Source: Proteromonas lacertae (Eukaryota). Taken from it: 64,000 nucleotides of DNA. Position numbers and translations under genes: made by a program. How positions within the stretch are numbered: position 1 is the first letter of the stretch; every line of letters starts with the position of its first letter. This document shows positions 24,427 through 37,979 of the stretch, piece after piece. The stretch lies in NCBI GenBank assembly GCA_002245135.1, contig NGBS01000329.1, positions 1 through 64,000 on the forward strand, in the 5' to 3' direction. The notes under the pieces were generated by a model. That model was given only the letters and a program-made list of their open reading frames with translations, was not told the origin of the DNA and searched no databases.

Positions 24427-27400
24427 CTACATCATTTCAACTTGGTTTTGACATCCTTCTCCACTAAACCCATCAAAACATTCACAAACACCTGTATTGT
24501 AGTTGCAAATACCTCTTCCACTACAATCTCGATGTTCGTCATTTCCATTCATGTTTGTTGCTTCTTCTGGATCTTTATCAGAAGGACATTCAATTAAACT
24601 ACAATCATATCCACGATGTCTTTTATCACATAAACATCCATATACTTGATCATCAAATGTTAATGTCTTTTTAACACCATTCTCAGTATATTCACTTTCA
24701 TGTTTATTTCCAAATCCTTCATATGAATTACTCAATTCATCATTTGATAATAATTCACTCAATGCAACACATCGACCATTTCCATTACAATTATTTGGAC
24801 AATCTAATCTTTGACAAGCACTTCCACTAAATCCATCAAAACATTTACAAACACCTGTTGTTCTATCACATTCTCCTTGTCCACTACATTCTAATGAACT
24901 ATGAACTGATTTTTCATTTTCAAATACTATTGTTAATGGAGTTGATGGAACTGCAGCTAATGATCGAGAATTACTAAATAATGATCTTAATCTTGAAATA
25001 CCTACTCGTTTGTTTAAGAATATTTCAAATTTATTACTATTAGTTGGTTTTACTTTTATGATTTGAGTTGATATTGAAGAAGATCCTTGTTTAAATATCA
25101 TTGTTGTTCCAGGTACTATTAATTTCTTTATTCCATCAGTTATTAAAGATGGAGGATAAGCAATTGAGGGAGATTCATCATTATCCAATTTGCCTATATT
25201 AATTTTATCTTTATCATCACCTTCATCTTCTTTGTCAGTTAATAATTTTATTCCTAATATTTGAGTTATACTTCCATCTTCACTTTTTATTATCTCATTT
25301 GAATTTTCTTCAATATTTCCATATTTACCATAATAATATTCATCACCTTCTTTTCTTACCAAATCTTTTAAATCACTGTTTTCAATATCAATTACTTTTC
25401 CATTAGAATCAGTTAATAAGTGACATACATCATCTGGAGATGGTTTATTTTCACCAGTAAATTTGAACGTAATATCTTTATTACCTTCACCACCTACAGC
25501 AATATCAACATTTTTGTATATTGAAACTTTTATATTATTTCCCTTATCATCTGGATTATAACAGGCAAAACTTACTGAAGATGATTTTGTCAAATCAAAT
25601 CTAATTACATCAAATATTGCTTTATATCCTTTCCATTGTAATATATCACTAACATAATTATTTGAAGCTAATTTCAATGGGTTAAAGAATGTCATATCAT
25701 TTCTTTCAGATATTATTTCATCACAACTCATATCTTGAAGATAATAAGCATCAGTACTATCTTCAGGTGATGGTCTGTTTGTCATTGTATAATTAAACTG
25801 AATATAACTTGATCCATCACTACTATTATATGTTTTAACATCAATACTTCCTATTACTCCTTCTTTTGGTTCTTTTGCAGCATTAACATATTTACATTGA
25901 ACTTTTCCTCCTAATAATGGTAATTCACTTAATAATGAACCATAAAATCCTGTCACTTTATATAAATTATTATCAAGCGTTACTGTAGTGTCTATATTAG
26001 ATACTGATGTTGGAGATGCTATTTCTAATACTCCAGTTGGTGTATATTCACTTGGAATTGGAGGTGAATATTTGAATTTTCTAGTTCCATCACTTTTTAA
26101 TAATCTTGATTCAAATGATACTATTATGGCTTTATGATTATATTTTAACATTTTATCTTTATTTTCCACTTCGATTAATATTGTTTGACCAACTTTGAAA
26201 TATTCTAAATCATCATTTTGAATATCATCTTCTACTATTTGTATTATTGATTCTTTTTCATCAATTTTATTTTCCTTATTATCAAATGCAAATATTGGAA
26301 GACTATTATTGGATGCTTTTACTTCAATACCTGTTTCTGGCTTTTCATATTTACCATAATAATATTTAGTGTTATCTCCTTCTCCTTCTTTTCTGATATA
26401 ATTGCCTAAATCACTTTTTATCAAATCTTTAAATTCTATCTTTGATGCAACTGGTTTAGTAGGATCATTATTTTCAATTTTAGCTGCTAAATAACAAATA
26501 TCATCTTTTACTGGTTTTGGTTTTATATCTTCAGCTTTTGCACTATCAGGTTTAGGTATAGTAAACTTAACATTTTCATCACCAGCTGTCACTGTAACTC
26601 CAACACTTTCATATAATGTGATAATATCACCATCTGTTCCATTATAACATGCAAAATTCACTTTACTTTCAGTAGTTAATCCTGTTAATGTTTTATATCC
26701 TTTCCAGGTTAATTCTCCATCTGTGGCTATTTTCATTGGATTGTACATTGTATAATCTTTTCTCTTTAATGCAATACTATCACATTTCAATAGTGGAATA
26801 AGTTTTCCTTCTTCTTCTGATAATAAAACATAGCTAAAAGAAACAGCTTTTTCTTTATCAATGTCAATAGTTTCATATTTCTTTATATCAACTGATGTTG
26901 TTTTGGCATTATCACCTTCACCATAACTGCAAGTTAATATTCCTCCATAATTCTTATCTAATTGACTTATCAGTTTATCAGCTAAGTTATAAACAGCGTA
27001 ATAAATATTATTTTCTTCTTTCTTTGCATAAGGTTTTGTATTTTTTGATGAGTCAAATGAATGTAATTTAATATATGGTAATACAATATCACCTTTTGAG
27101 ATGTTATTTGATTCAATTTTTATTTTTATACTTGCATCTCCTAATTGACGCAATACACTTGCCTTATCTTCTTTAATTGTTACTTCAACTTCTCTTAGCT
27201 TTCCATTATTGTAAACATCAACATAAACAACTCTACCTTCTGGAAATACATTTGAATAAGCATCATCAATTGTGAGGGTTGTTTCTTCAGCTACAGCAAC
27301 ACAATTTTTATCAGTAGTTGCTATTACAGCATATCCATTACTATCAAACCCAGTTGCAGTGTATTTACCTAATTTATAACCATCTTTATCAACATTAACA

Positions 27401-28524
27401 TAATTTATCAATTCAGTTTGTTCTATATTTATTGGTACTAAATCACCACTCATTATAACATAGCATATATCACCAGAAGCAACTGCAGGATCTACTCCAG
27501 TAAATGTAAATACTAAATTAGTATTCTTTCCATCATCTGTATATGTTCAATTAACTTTATCATAAATGGAAATTGGAGGTGGAGTAAGTGAACCAGTTTT
27601 GGGAGGAGTATAACATGCAAATTTAAAACCTTCTCTTTCATATACTTTTCCTTCTAACCTTCTTCTTCTTTGAGTATTAGAACTATCTTCAACTTTATCA
27701 CCTTCACCACCACTTCCTCCATCACTACCACCACCTTCACCTTTATTTTCACCATCAATATCACTAGGTTTAGTGGTGGTAGTTGGTTCTTCTTCTTGTT
27801 TCACTTCTTCCAATAATCCTAATTCTTTGAATATTTTACCATAATAATTCCATGTTAATGTTGAACTACCAGTTAATCTTCTTCTATTTCCTCCTGCTGG
27901 ATCTGGTGTTCTTTCTGTAATAACCTTATCGTAATAAACCATTGTTGTTCTTTTGGATTTTACACTACTACATGTTACTTTAGCAGCATCAGTAATTTTA
28001 GATTGAAATTTAACATAAGCTGTGGTTTTATCAGCAGATAAACCTAAAACTTCAACTTCTTCATCATTTCTATCAGCTTTAGCAGTTTCAACAATGTTAC
28101 ATTTAACAATACCACCCATTCTAGGCATAGTCTTCATCAATTCATACACTCCACTCACTTTCCATATCAAATCATTACCCAACTTAGAATCTTTAACAAT
28201 TTGAATTTCAACTACTGATAATTCTCTCTTTTTACTTTCTACATACTCATCCAACTCACGATAATCAGGTCGGTAGTAACTGCCACTACTCACTGGGTAT
28301 TTACTCGAAACTAAGCTAAAAGGGTTACCTTCACCACATTTTAATAATGAACAGTCACTTCCAGTGTAACTCTTACCATCACCTATACCAATGTTATCGA
28401 AACAAACACAATTGTTAGCAACACACTTACCATGACTGTTACAGTTGTTTGGACATACTGACAATGTCACAATTACGATAATACTAAGAATTATCAAACT
28501 CAAGTATCTCTTGCTCTCTTTCAT
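24427..28524 (-). CDS. Secreted EGF-like Cys-rich protein of the stramenopile mastigoneme (Sig/Ocm/Mas) type with a large repeated insert; one in-frame TGA at 27547-27549
   Basis: Signal peptide followed by CPNNCNSHGKC. C-terminus ECSGQGECDRTTGVCKCFDG...CP..KDP...RDCSGRGICNYNTGVCECFDG...Q. The two ORFs share one frame. Confidence 0.75.
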
Positions 28525-28704
28525 TCAAAGATTGAAATGAGAAAATCTTTTGGTAATTGACATGTAATTCAATTTACCAATTTACCAAAAATTATCTCCT
28601 TTTTCATTTTTCATAAACAAATTATATTTTAAAAATAGATTTCAATTTATATAAAAAATAAAAGCAAAGATTAAGTCATTTTCATTACATAACAATCATT
28701 TCTT

Positions 28705-31700
28705 TTAGTCTTCTAAATACATTTGATAATCAGCTGCAAACTTCTCTATCTTGGTATTCTTCTTCTCATCTTTAAATCCAATATAGTATTCTTTACGACC
28801 TACACGACTTTCTTTCATCTCCTTTATATCACAACGACCTTCTAAATTCAAGTCTTCATCAAAATAGTAACCTTTCAAATTTGGAACATATTTCATGTGA
28901 TTTCGACTGAACTATTTATAAAAAATAAATATTATAATATACTGGAGCTGATAAATTCTTGGGTGGAGCTTTGTAGTATTTATTGGGTAATAATCGAACA
29001 ATATATTCATTCTTTTCTTTATAGATTCCAACTACTTCACCTAATACATGTAATTTCACATCAACTTTATCACCAATCTCATAAATTACTTTATCTTTAT
29101 TTACACGAACTCTCTCTTCTTCAATACATTTGAAATATTGAGTTTTATTATTAATCATACTAGTTATGGCATAATAATGATCATAAGTTACAGAATGAAC
29201 TTTACCTACATCCCATTTGTCAGTTATTAAAAATTCGATCTCTTCTCCACAATGATATTTTGCTGTACTTGGACGTAATAATTTCATTTGATTTCCATCT
29301 TTACGATATACTACACTTCGTAAATGATCGAATTTTATATCATAAGTCTTATCAATACAGTGATAGTTGATTATTATTCCTTCATCACTATCATGATATT
29401 TTATTGTATCACCAATATCAAATCCACGTTTCTCATGGATTAATTCAAAGTTTTCACTACTTATATCTTCATAATAATGACCATTATTTAAATGAACACT
29501 ATATTTATCTTCTTCTTCATTCAATTTACAAATTTCACCTTCTGTTCCATCTTCATTGAATAATACTTTATCTCCAATCTCAAATAAGTTTTCTCTCAAG
29601 TTGTAGTATGGATAAACATCATTATATTTACTTTCATAATACATTTTATCATCGAAAAAGATTCCGAATTTTATACTACAAAATGCATCATATAAAATCT
29701 CATTGATTGTACCTTTGTAATAATTTCCATCATACCATTTACTAACCACTTTATCACCAACTTTATAATCAAAATTATATTTTAATCGAATTGAATTTAA
29801 TTCAATATCTTCTAATTCAGTCTTGTTGGTTGTCATTATTGTATAATTATCTTCATTCTTCCAATGAGTGATTTTACCTTCTTCACATTCACCTCGATTA
29901 TCAACCACATATACTTCTCGTTCTTTTACATATTCACACACTTCAATTATACTGTCTGGAACATCACTCATTAAGTAATCATTACTTAAGATTATATCAT
30001 AACCTTTTCTGGAATAATCAACAATATGACCTGTAAAGGTTAAATCTTCAGTTACATGAATTAATACTTGAAGTAACAAAGGTAATTTCTTATTTAAATA
30101 AGGATGAACATTTAGCCAATGTACTTTTATTAACATATTATTCTCATCTGCTCGAATTAAATCATTATCTTCATCTTCACCATGGCAATGTTGAATAAAT
30201 GTTCCTGTTTTCCATTGACTTTTATAACTCACACTTTCATCACAATATACTACTTTATCATTCTCATTTAATACTGAAGCAAAGGAAACACGAGCTGGGA
30301 AGAAATCTTGATTTTTATATTCAAATTCTACTAATTCATTGTTATTACAGTTGTTATAACCAATTATCTTACCATTTACAAATGAGTATTTATTACCTTT
30401 CTTTGATTCTAAGAAACAAGGGAATTTGGAACAATGTAATCTTCGGCGAACATATACTACATCTTGAATATTATAATTTGCACCTTTACCACGCTTATTT
30501 CGAATTGGACTATTAGCTGGAGATGGATAAATTTCATCTTCACCAAAATCTTCAGTATTTGGTATTAATTCACTGATTGGAACATTGTTGATTACATAAT
30601 TATTATTACAATTCAATTTTACATAGAATTTATCAATATTGATAATTTGACATAAACAGAAATTCTTTCCTAATTTTACTAATACTTTATCACCAATTAC
30701 ATATTGTTGTTTAGCTTTCAATGATCTGTTGGTTGTTGATAATGAAGCAGTTAAGGAGGCAGTTAAACTTTCATCACATTGTAATTCAATTGATTCTTTC
30801 TTTATTGATTCTTCTAATTTTGGATTAGCACATAATTCAATATCATCTTTCTCTACACAGAAATCATATTCTCCATTCTCAAATGTTATATTGTAAGTAC
30901 CATCTTCATTAATTCCATTGATTATACCTTTTGTCTTGTCTAATGCAATCTCATGTAAGTATTCTTTACTTTCTTTCTTTATTACATCATATGGTTCAAA
31001 CAATAACAACTCAAAGTGTTCTGGATCATGTACCTTTGTAATAAATGCATTACTTTTATATTTTTCATCATAGATTATATCACCAACACAAAAACCTTTT
31101 TGACCTTTCTTTCTTCTATCATATCGATGAACTTTTACATAACGATCTACTTCGTTTTGAATTCGCTCTTTCTTTTCATTGTAAGTCTTTAAGGTTAAGA
31201 TTCCTAATTGGATATCTTGAGCTAATTCTTTCAACATCTCATTTACTACCATTCTTTCAGCATGTTGTAATTTATATTCATCTAATATCTTTTTCATCTT
31301 TTCAATAAAAGCAGTTCCAATAAAAGCGATGTAGTTCTGTTCTAATTGTTTATAAGCTTCAATGAATTTGTTTAAACTCTTGTTCTTAGCAAGGAAATCT
31401 CCATACGATTTTACATCTATTGCCGAATTCTCTTTAGCATAAGTTTTTCTAGATAATTAGAAATTAAAAGGAAATTTATATACAATAAATCTTCGATTCT
31501 TATCTTCAATTGTGGTATGACAAAATCATATACTGCGTTGTAGAACTAAGAGATAGTAAGATGAAAAATACATCGATAGAATTCTTTATTTCAGTCAATC
31601 TAGCACATTCGTCAACGTACTCTTTAACAGTCAAGAACTCGCCTTGCTCTTCTGCTTTGTAGTCAATTGGAATATGTGGATATAATCCAATTGTTGGATT

Positions 31701-31898
31701 TAACTCGGTGTACTGGTACAACCATGCAAATGTATTGGCATTAATCATCAAATAGCTCCATCTTTGAGAAACAAACTTCTGTGCAACCTTGTAATAAACA
31801 TACCTATCAACTAAACTGGAATATTCATACCAAATTTCTTCATATTCTTTCTTTGCTTTCTTTAAATCTCTAATTGGAATAATGTCAGAAGCATCCAT
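28705..31898 (-). CDS. Tandem Tudor/Agenet-like (SH3-fold) repeat protein, 3 introns
   Basis: Repeated [YF]xVGDKV...G.I motifs, e.g. YKVGDKVVSKWYDGNYYKGTI. Introns join ORFs 31506-31898, 28916-31297 and 28705-28896. Confidence 0.7.
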
Positions 31899-32070
31899 AT
31901 TCGTTATAATTGAAATCAGAAATATGTCGTTATTTTACTGAACTCAAGCTTCAAACGGCGATTTTTTTGAATTTTGAATTTTTGGATGTTACAAACTCAG
32001 AAATCCTTGATTTTGTCTTTCATTTTTGGACTATGCACATTAATGACCTATTTTAGTCTGTACATAATGA

Positions 32071-32913
32071 ATGTCGATAGAAGAGTCGAGTATAATTACC
32101 TATTACTCTGATAGAATATTAGTTCCACCAGAAAATGATGAAAATAAAGAAGGTTTCCATTTTGCTTTTTGTTGGATTCATATTATATATAAACTATCCA
32201 GTTTTAAGGAAATCGTTGGAGAAGGTAGAAAATATTACAAAACTATAAGAAAAGCAATGAAACTATGCATAAAAGCAGAATTATATCACAACATATTTGA
32301 ATTTTGTTTCTATTTAGGATTAATGACTTACTGTTACTCTACACTCACTCCAGATAAATTTCCATTAGGTTTAAAAGGCTTAAAAATCGGACTGTACGCT
32401 TTATCTTCAATTTTATTAACAGGATTAGCATCAAACAGAATGGTTAACCATATATTAAAACCAAATACTCACGATATAATTAAAGTATTGCCAGTACTGT
32501 ATTTATCAACATTATGCTATTGGCTTTCATTTGCAGTTCTTTGTATCATATTAATGATTGTATTTAAGCGAATCTACACACCAAACTTTTGGCCTTCTAG
32601 AAAATGGAGAGATTTTCCTCAAGCAATTGGAAATTATAAATTATTTCCATTTACTGCATCTCTATTGGTAGTTCTAGTTTGTTTTTCTTTTCTATTTTTA
32701 CCTGAAATGAAATTCTTAATTGAAGGATTATATTTATTGCAAGGTTGTTATTTGTTTATGTGTTTTATAATTGTAATGATTGAGCTGTTCCCTGAAGCGT
32801 TTAAATATAATATCGATAAATATAATGAGAGAGTAGAAGAATTGAAAAAAGAGGAAGAAGAAAAGAAAGAGAAAAAGATGAAGAAAGAGAAAAAGAAACA
32901 GAAAACTGAATAA
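32071..32913 (+). CDS. Hypothetical multi-pass membrane protein with basic KKxx-like tail
   Basis: 280-aa ORF with about 5 hydrophobic segments. Confidence 0.65.
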   Translation: MSIEESSIITYYSDRILVPPENDENKEGFHFAFCWIHIIYKLSSFKEIVGEGRKYYKTIRKAMKLCIKAELYHNIFEFCFYLGLMTYCYSTLTPDKFPLGLKGLKIGLYALSSILLTGLASNRMVNHILKPNTHDIIKVLPVLYLSTLCYWLSFAVLCIILMIVFKRIYTPNFWPSRKWRDFPQAIGNYKLFPFTASLLVVLVCFSFLFLPEMKFLIEGLYLLQGCYLFMCFIIVMIELFPEAFKYNIDKYNERVEELKKEEEEKKEKKMKKEKKKQKTE

Positions 32914-33298
32914 GTAAATGTATATAATATTCGTTATTTAATGAGATTATTTGTATTTATTGAGTAATTCGTTTTGATTTTGAAAAATACATAACAATGA
33001 AACTATACCATATGATTCGTTTGTTGTATATTTGACAATATCTTTAAGATATTCATATCCTCATTAATTGAAAAGAACTGATATTTCTCTCAAAATTAAT
33101 CCTAACCTATATTTATCCAATGTTCCTTATATGTGATCTTCATTTAACAATATAAATCTAATATTATCTAGAGATAATATCTTATTCTTTCAAAAAACAT
33201 CAAAACACAATTTACTTCTTTTATGACATTGACATATAGGTAGGCTTTGACATTATTGATTTGCTATTTAACTACATTCAAGGATTTGATTTTTTTTA

Positions 33299-35103
33299 CA
33301 GTGTTTTGCAACTTACTTATACAATATTTCATAATACTTATACGTAACGACATTTGTTGCAAAATAGATATACCACGTTGCATAACAAAAAAAAATCATT
33401 CATGCCATTGCATAACTATTATACCATTTTGCATATTACTTATACTTTTTATCAAGCCATTTCATATTACATATATATAATTGCAAAATAAATATACAAA
33501 TCTCAAGCCTTTTCAAGAATTTCTATTCTTTTATTATACAATGAGCTTATATTATGTTGATACAACACAAACAATACAATTATTAAATATTCATAATATA
33601 AATTCTTTTATAATAGGCAAGAAGTATGGATAGAGCGTTATATATCTATCCTCTTCATAACAGTCCTTTGTATTTTGAAGTTTATATCTTCAATAGTGCT
33701 GAAGCATTCAGCAGGACTGATTGTAGAAAATGAATTTGTTATACTTTCAAGTATTTGATTTCTGTTTTGATATATGGATGTTTCAGCCCTTTTTTTCCAT
33801 ATACCAAAGATATTTTCTATTGGGTTAAGAGGACTGGAGTATTTAGCATTGAATAAAAGTTTATTACCAGATCCTTCAATCAGCATTTTTACCTGGTCTG
33901 AATGATGGATATTTACATTGTCCATAAAAAAGCAGAATTTACCCTTTGATTTTAGATCATCTAATAAGTATTTCAAGTATGTTGTAAATACCTCAATACT
34001 ATTTGGTCCGTAAATTGCATCACACCTATGAAAACCTAAATCACTCATAGTAGCTATAATTGTAATATCAGTAGCACCTCTAGCCATATGAACGATTGGT
34101 GTTGTTCCTTCGTCAGACCTTGCACGTCCATTTACAAGTCCCATACTCCAATGAGTTTCATCTAAGTAAATTGGACGAAAACCATGTCTAGTATAGTATC
34201 TTAATAATTTAATAACTTCTATTCTTTCCTCTAGTAATGTTGGAATCATTTCTGGTGGAGCTGCTCTGGAATTGTAACGCTTTAAGGTAATGTTCTTACA
34301 GTTGTATTCTGTCATTCTTTTGTTGAGATGACGACAAATAGTTGATTTAGATACATGCTTACCAGTTTCTGTGAAGATTTTTTCTTTTAAACCATTTAAA
34401 TTGATAGTGTTGTTTTCTTTAACAGTATTTGAAAGCAATAATGACTCATGCTCTGTTAACTTACGGCAACGTCCTCGTTTAACAGAACTTTTATCAATAC
34501 ACTGCCCTTTATTAAGGAGTCTAATCAATGCTTCTAACCTTTTTGGTTTAATTCCTGTAATTGATTGATATGACTGTAAGGGATATTCTCTTCCTTCTTT
34601 AGCATATACACGCTTCAGAATATCTATCTGTGTCTGCGATACACTAACATATACTCTTTTTTCCCTAACTGGCTGATCTCTTTGCTCATGTGTTGGCTCA
34701 GCAACATTTGTTATTTCTAATAACTCTTCGTTAGTTAAAAACTCTTCTGGATTTGGCGCCAAAGCTCTACCACCTTCAGGAACAAATTCTACTGGTGGAG
34801 CTGATTGTATATAGTCATTGCGACAATATGAATTGGTTGTATCAACATAATATAAGCTCATTGTATAATAAAAGAATAGAAATTCTTGAAAAGGCTTGAG
34901 ATTTGTATATTTATTTTGCAATTATATATATGTAATATGAAATGGCTTGATAAAAAGTATAAGTAATATGCAAAATGGTATAATAGTTATGCAATGGCAT
35001 GAATGATTTTTTTTTGTTATGCAACGTGGTATATCTATTTTGCAACAAATGTCGTTACGTATAAGTATTATGAAATATTGTATAAGTAAGTTGCAAAACA
35101 CTG
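33299..35103 (-). mobile_element. Tc1/IS630-like (DD34E) DNA transposon, 1805 bp, apparently intact
   Basis: 268-bp TIRs starting CAGTGTTTTGCAAC (33299-33566 / 34836-35103). TA duplication at 33297-33298 and 35104-35105. Confidence 0.96.
33638..34861 (-). CDS. DD34E transposase (about 407 aa)
   Basis: HTH region RGRCRKL...VSKSTICRHL; YLDET, FMDNVNIH, YSSPLNPIE, with 34 aa between the second D and E. The first ATG is at 34861; the ORF-track start is a TTG. Confidence 0.93.
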   Translation of the reverse strand: MSLYYVDTTNSYCRNDYIQSAPPVEFVPEGGRALAPNPEEFLTNEELLEITNVAEPTHEQRDQPVREKRVYVSVSQTQIDILKRVYAKEGREYPLQSYQSITGIKPKRLEALIRLLNKGQCIDKSSVKRGRCRKLTEHESLLLSNTVKENNTINLNGLKEKIFTETGKHVSKSTICRHLNKRMTEYNCKNITLKRYNSRAAPPEMIPTLLEERIEVIKLLRYYTRHGFRPIYLDETHWSMGLVNGRARSDEGTTPIVHMARGATDITIIATMSDLGFHRCDAIYGPNSIEVFTTYLKYLLDDLKSKGKFCFFMDNVNIHHSDQVKMLIEGSGNKLLFNAKYSSPLNPIENIFGIWKKRAETSIYQNRNQILESITNSFSTISPAECFSTIEDINFKIQRTVMKRIDI

Positions 35104-35117
35104 TATTCTCAAAGATA

Positions 35118-37887
35118 ATGTATAATAATGAGTCATTAAATGCAGCTAGTAGTTCATATGTAACCATTGAGCTTCCACCAAGGTATTTCATTTCCTAATA
35201 ATGTTTAGGAAAGCTTCAACAATGGTTAGTACAACTCAAGCTTATAAAAAAGGTCCACGTTTAACACATACAAATTCCATGGTCATTAATAGAATGAAGG
35301 CTTTGCCGTATTTCGTAATAGATTTATAAAACAAATAGTAAATTTGGAGGTAAACCAATCAGTTCATACTTCGGTGAAGTTATTGCACCAGTATTTACGT
35401 ATAGATAATAGCAATATATTGCTTCAGGTTGTTCTTAAACATGATGCAGTGGTTTACAGTCGCTACGTTAATGTTTCCAGGTGAACTTGAAGTAAAATTA
35501 CCAGCTATATTGCTATCCACAATATTAGGCACAATGGTTGGTCAAATCGTCAGTTCAAGTATATCTAATTATCCAAGTTCAATCTTTCAGACAAGTATTG
35601 AAAGTATTCCATTCATCGTACCATATGCAGCGACAGTAATTAAAAACGACAAATTGAATTTAGAAACAAAAGCAGCTACTATTCTATGTGGTTTAGCTTT
35701 AGAAAATATTTGTGTTGGAGTTATTGCATTAATATTAAGTTTCTTAAAAATGGGTAAAATATTACATTATCTACCAGGTCCAGTAAGTTCTGGTGCATTT
35801 GCTGTAGTTGGTTGGTGTTTATATCAATATAGCTACAATATTGCAGTTGGTGAAGATTTATCATTTGATGTTTTTAAACATCATAAATATTATATATTTT
35901 TATTGTTGAATTTTAGTGGATTATTTTTGTATTTACTTTGTGCTTTAAGACCTAGAGTTTATAATTTTCCAATATATCTAATTGTTTGTATAATTTTATA
36001 TTTATATTTTAATATTTAGCAACCATTATATTTCATATTGTATTAGCAATAACAGGAACTTCAATCACAAGAGCTCAGGAGTTAGAATGGTTAATGGAAC
36101 CACCACCTTCAGAAATGTTTTACTTCTTTTACCAAACCATCAATCCAGCTAAATGTAATTGGTCGCATTTATTCTCAAACAGTTTGAATTTATTCTTAGG
36201 TTCTTTAATGGGTCCTATCCTAAACACTGGTATCAATACGATTGTATTGGATAAATTATTCCAAGGAAGATCTAATTTAGATAAAGTATATAGAACCTTA
36301 GGTATCAATGGAATTATTGGTGGAGTATTTGGTGGAATGACATGTAATTTGTCATGTAGTGGAAGTGGATTTCATAGAGCTTGTGGTGGTACGAAAAGAT
36401 TGTCCACTATTGTATTATGTGTATTAACCGCATGTATTATATATTTTATATTTGTTTTATAGTTTTATTCTTTATTCCTCCAATAATGTCTGTTGTTTCG
36501 TATGTTCCAAGATTTGTACTGGGAAGTGTATTTGTGAATATGGGGATTGATTTCTTATTTGTATTTTATTATATATTTTATTTTTAAATTGAAATAGTCT
36601 AATTTATATTATCCATTATTTAATGTGTCTAAATTAGAATATTTAATTATATTGGTTATTTTAATCGTCTCAATATTCACTAGTTTAACAGTTGGTGTAG
36701 TTGTTGGAATTATCTTATGTTTCATTGTTTATATTTATAACACTGCTCAATCTCAATTTATCAGTATTGAAACTGATAATTTATCAATGTCTAGTGGAGT
36801 TTTACATTCATTAATTGATATTGTGAAAATTCAAAAGAAATCTCATCATATAGCGAAATATTATCAATTAAATGGATATATATTCTTTGCACCATCATAT
36901 GATATTTCAGACCATATTTCTCATGATGTATATATATATATATATATTATTTATTATCATTTTATTTATAGATTGAAACACATAATAACGATTCAAATAT
37001 TCCATCTATTTCACATGTCATTATTGATTTTTCAAAAGCTTCTGGTATGGATACTACTGCAATCAGTGTGTTTATTGATATGACTGATTCATTGTTACAA
37101 GATGGAATTAATGTCATATTCGTATTAGTAAATTTAAAGTATATATATATTAATAATAAATAAATAAAATAGAAAACGAACAGCAATATTAAATCAAGTT
37201 AAAAACAAACCAGGTTTTGCTAAAGAAACAACAGCCAAATTCAAAATATTCCCAGATCCATGTGAAGCAATGTATTATTGTGAAAATGACTTAAAAACGT
37301 ATGGTGATGCATATAATCCAGTTGATTATCAACAATATACAAATCAACATTTATACAAACTTAGTAAATTGCTAAGAATGTTACCAAGAATGGCTGATAA
37401 GATGGCTATGAAAGTAGTGTTATATTGCATAAGAGAAGGTTTAGGTAAGTTGATTAGAGTAGAGTCTGGTCAAATCATTTATAGAAAATACACACAAAGT
37501 GAAGGTATTTTCATATTATGTGAAGGAAGAATGTCTGCTATTATTGATAACTTTGATGTTATGGCTGATGAGCGTAGAAGTTCTGTATTTAACACTTTAA
37601 TCCACACAACTGAAAGTAATACAATTTGGACTATTACTTCACCAGGACTGATGGTTGGCTCTATTCCTGAAAGAGGATTCTTGAGTCTTCATGTTGAGAC
37701 TGTAATTACACAAGAAAAGACCATTCTTTATCATTTACCGTTTGATTCTTTATTGCAATTGGAAAAGGTTAGTCCTGAAAGAGCTTCTATGCTATATTCA
37801 TGGGTTAAGAAAAGTAGATTAAGAATTATAAACTATATGCATGAAAGAGTGGTGTATAGTAAACAATATATTAAAGGTTCAGATTAA
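35118..37887 (+). CDS. SulP/SLC26 anion transporter with STAS and cNMP-binding domains, about 8 introns
   Basis: HYLPGPVSSG, LNGYIFF, spliced IIDFSKASGMDTTA (STAS), GQIIYRKYTQSEGIFILCEG (cNMP). Confidence 0.85.
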
Positions 37888-37979
37888 TAAATTAATGATT
37901 ATATTGTTATTGTTGTTTTTTTACTTTGTCCCAAATATTAATAAATTATTTATCGTTTCACTACATTTCATTTTTTCTT

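Noticed and set aside
27547..27549. TGA as selenocysteine or an alternative genetic code
   Set aside because: The position aligns with aliphatic residues rather than Cys, I see no SECIS element, and no other intact gene here needs TGA as a sense codon.
33247..35191. Twin small ORFs 33247-33480 and 34922-35191
   Set aside because: These are chance read-ins to the identical TIRs.
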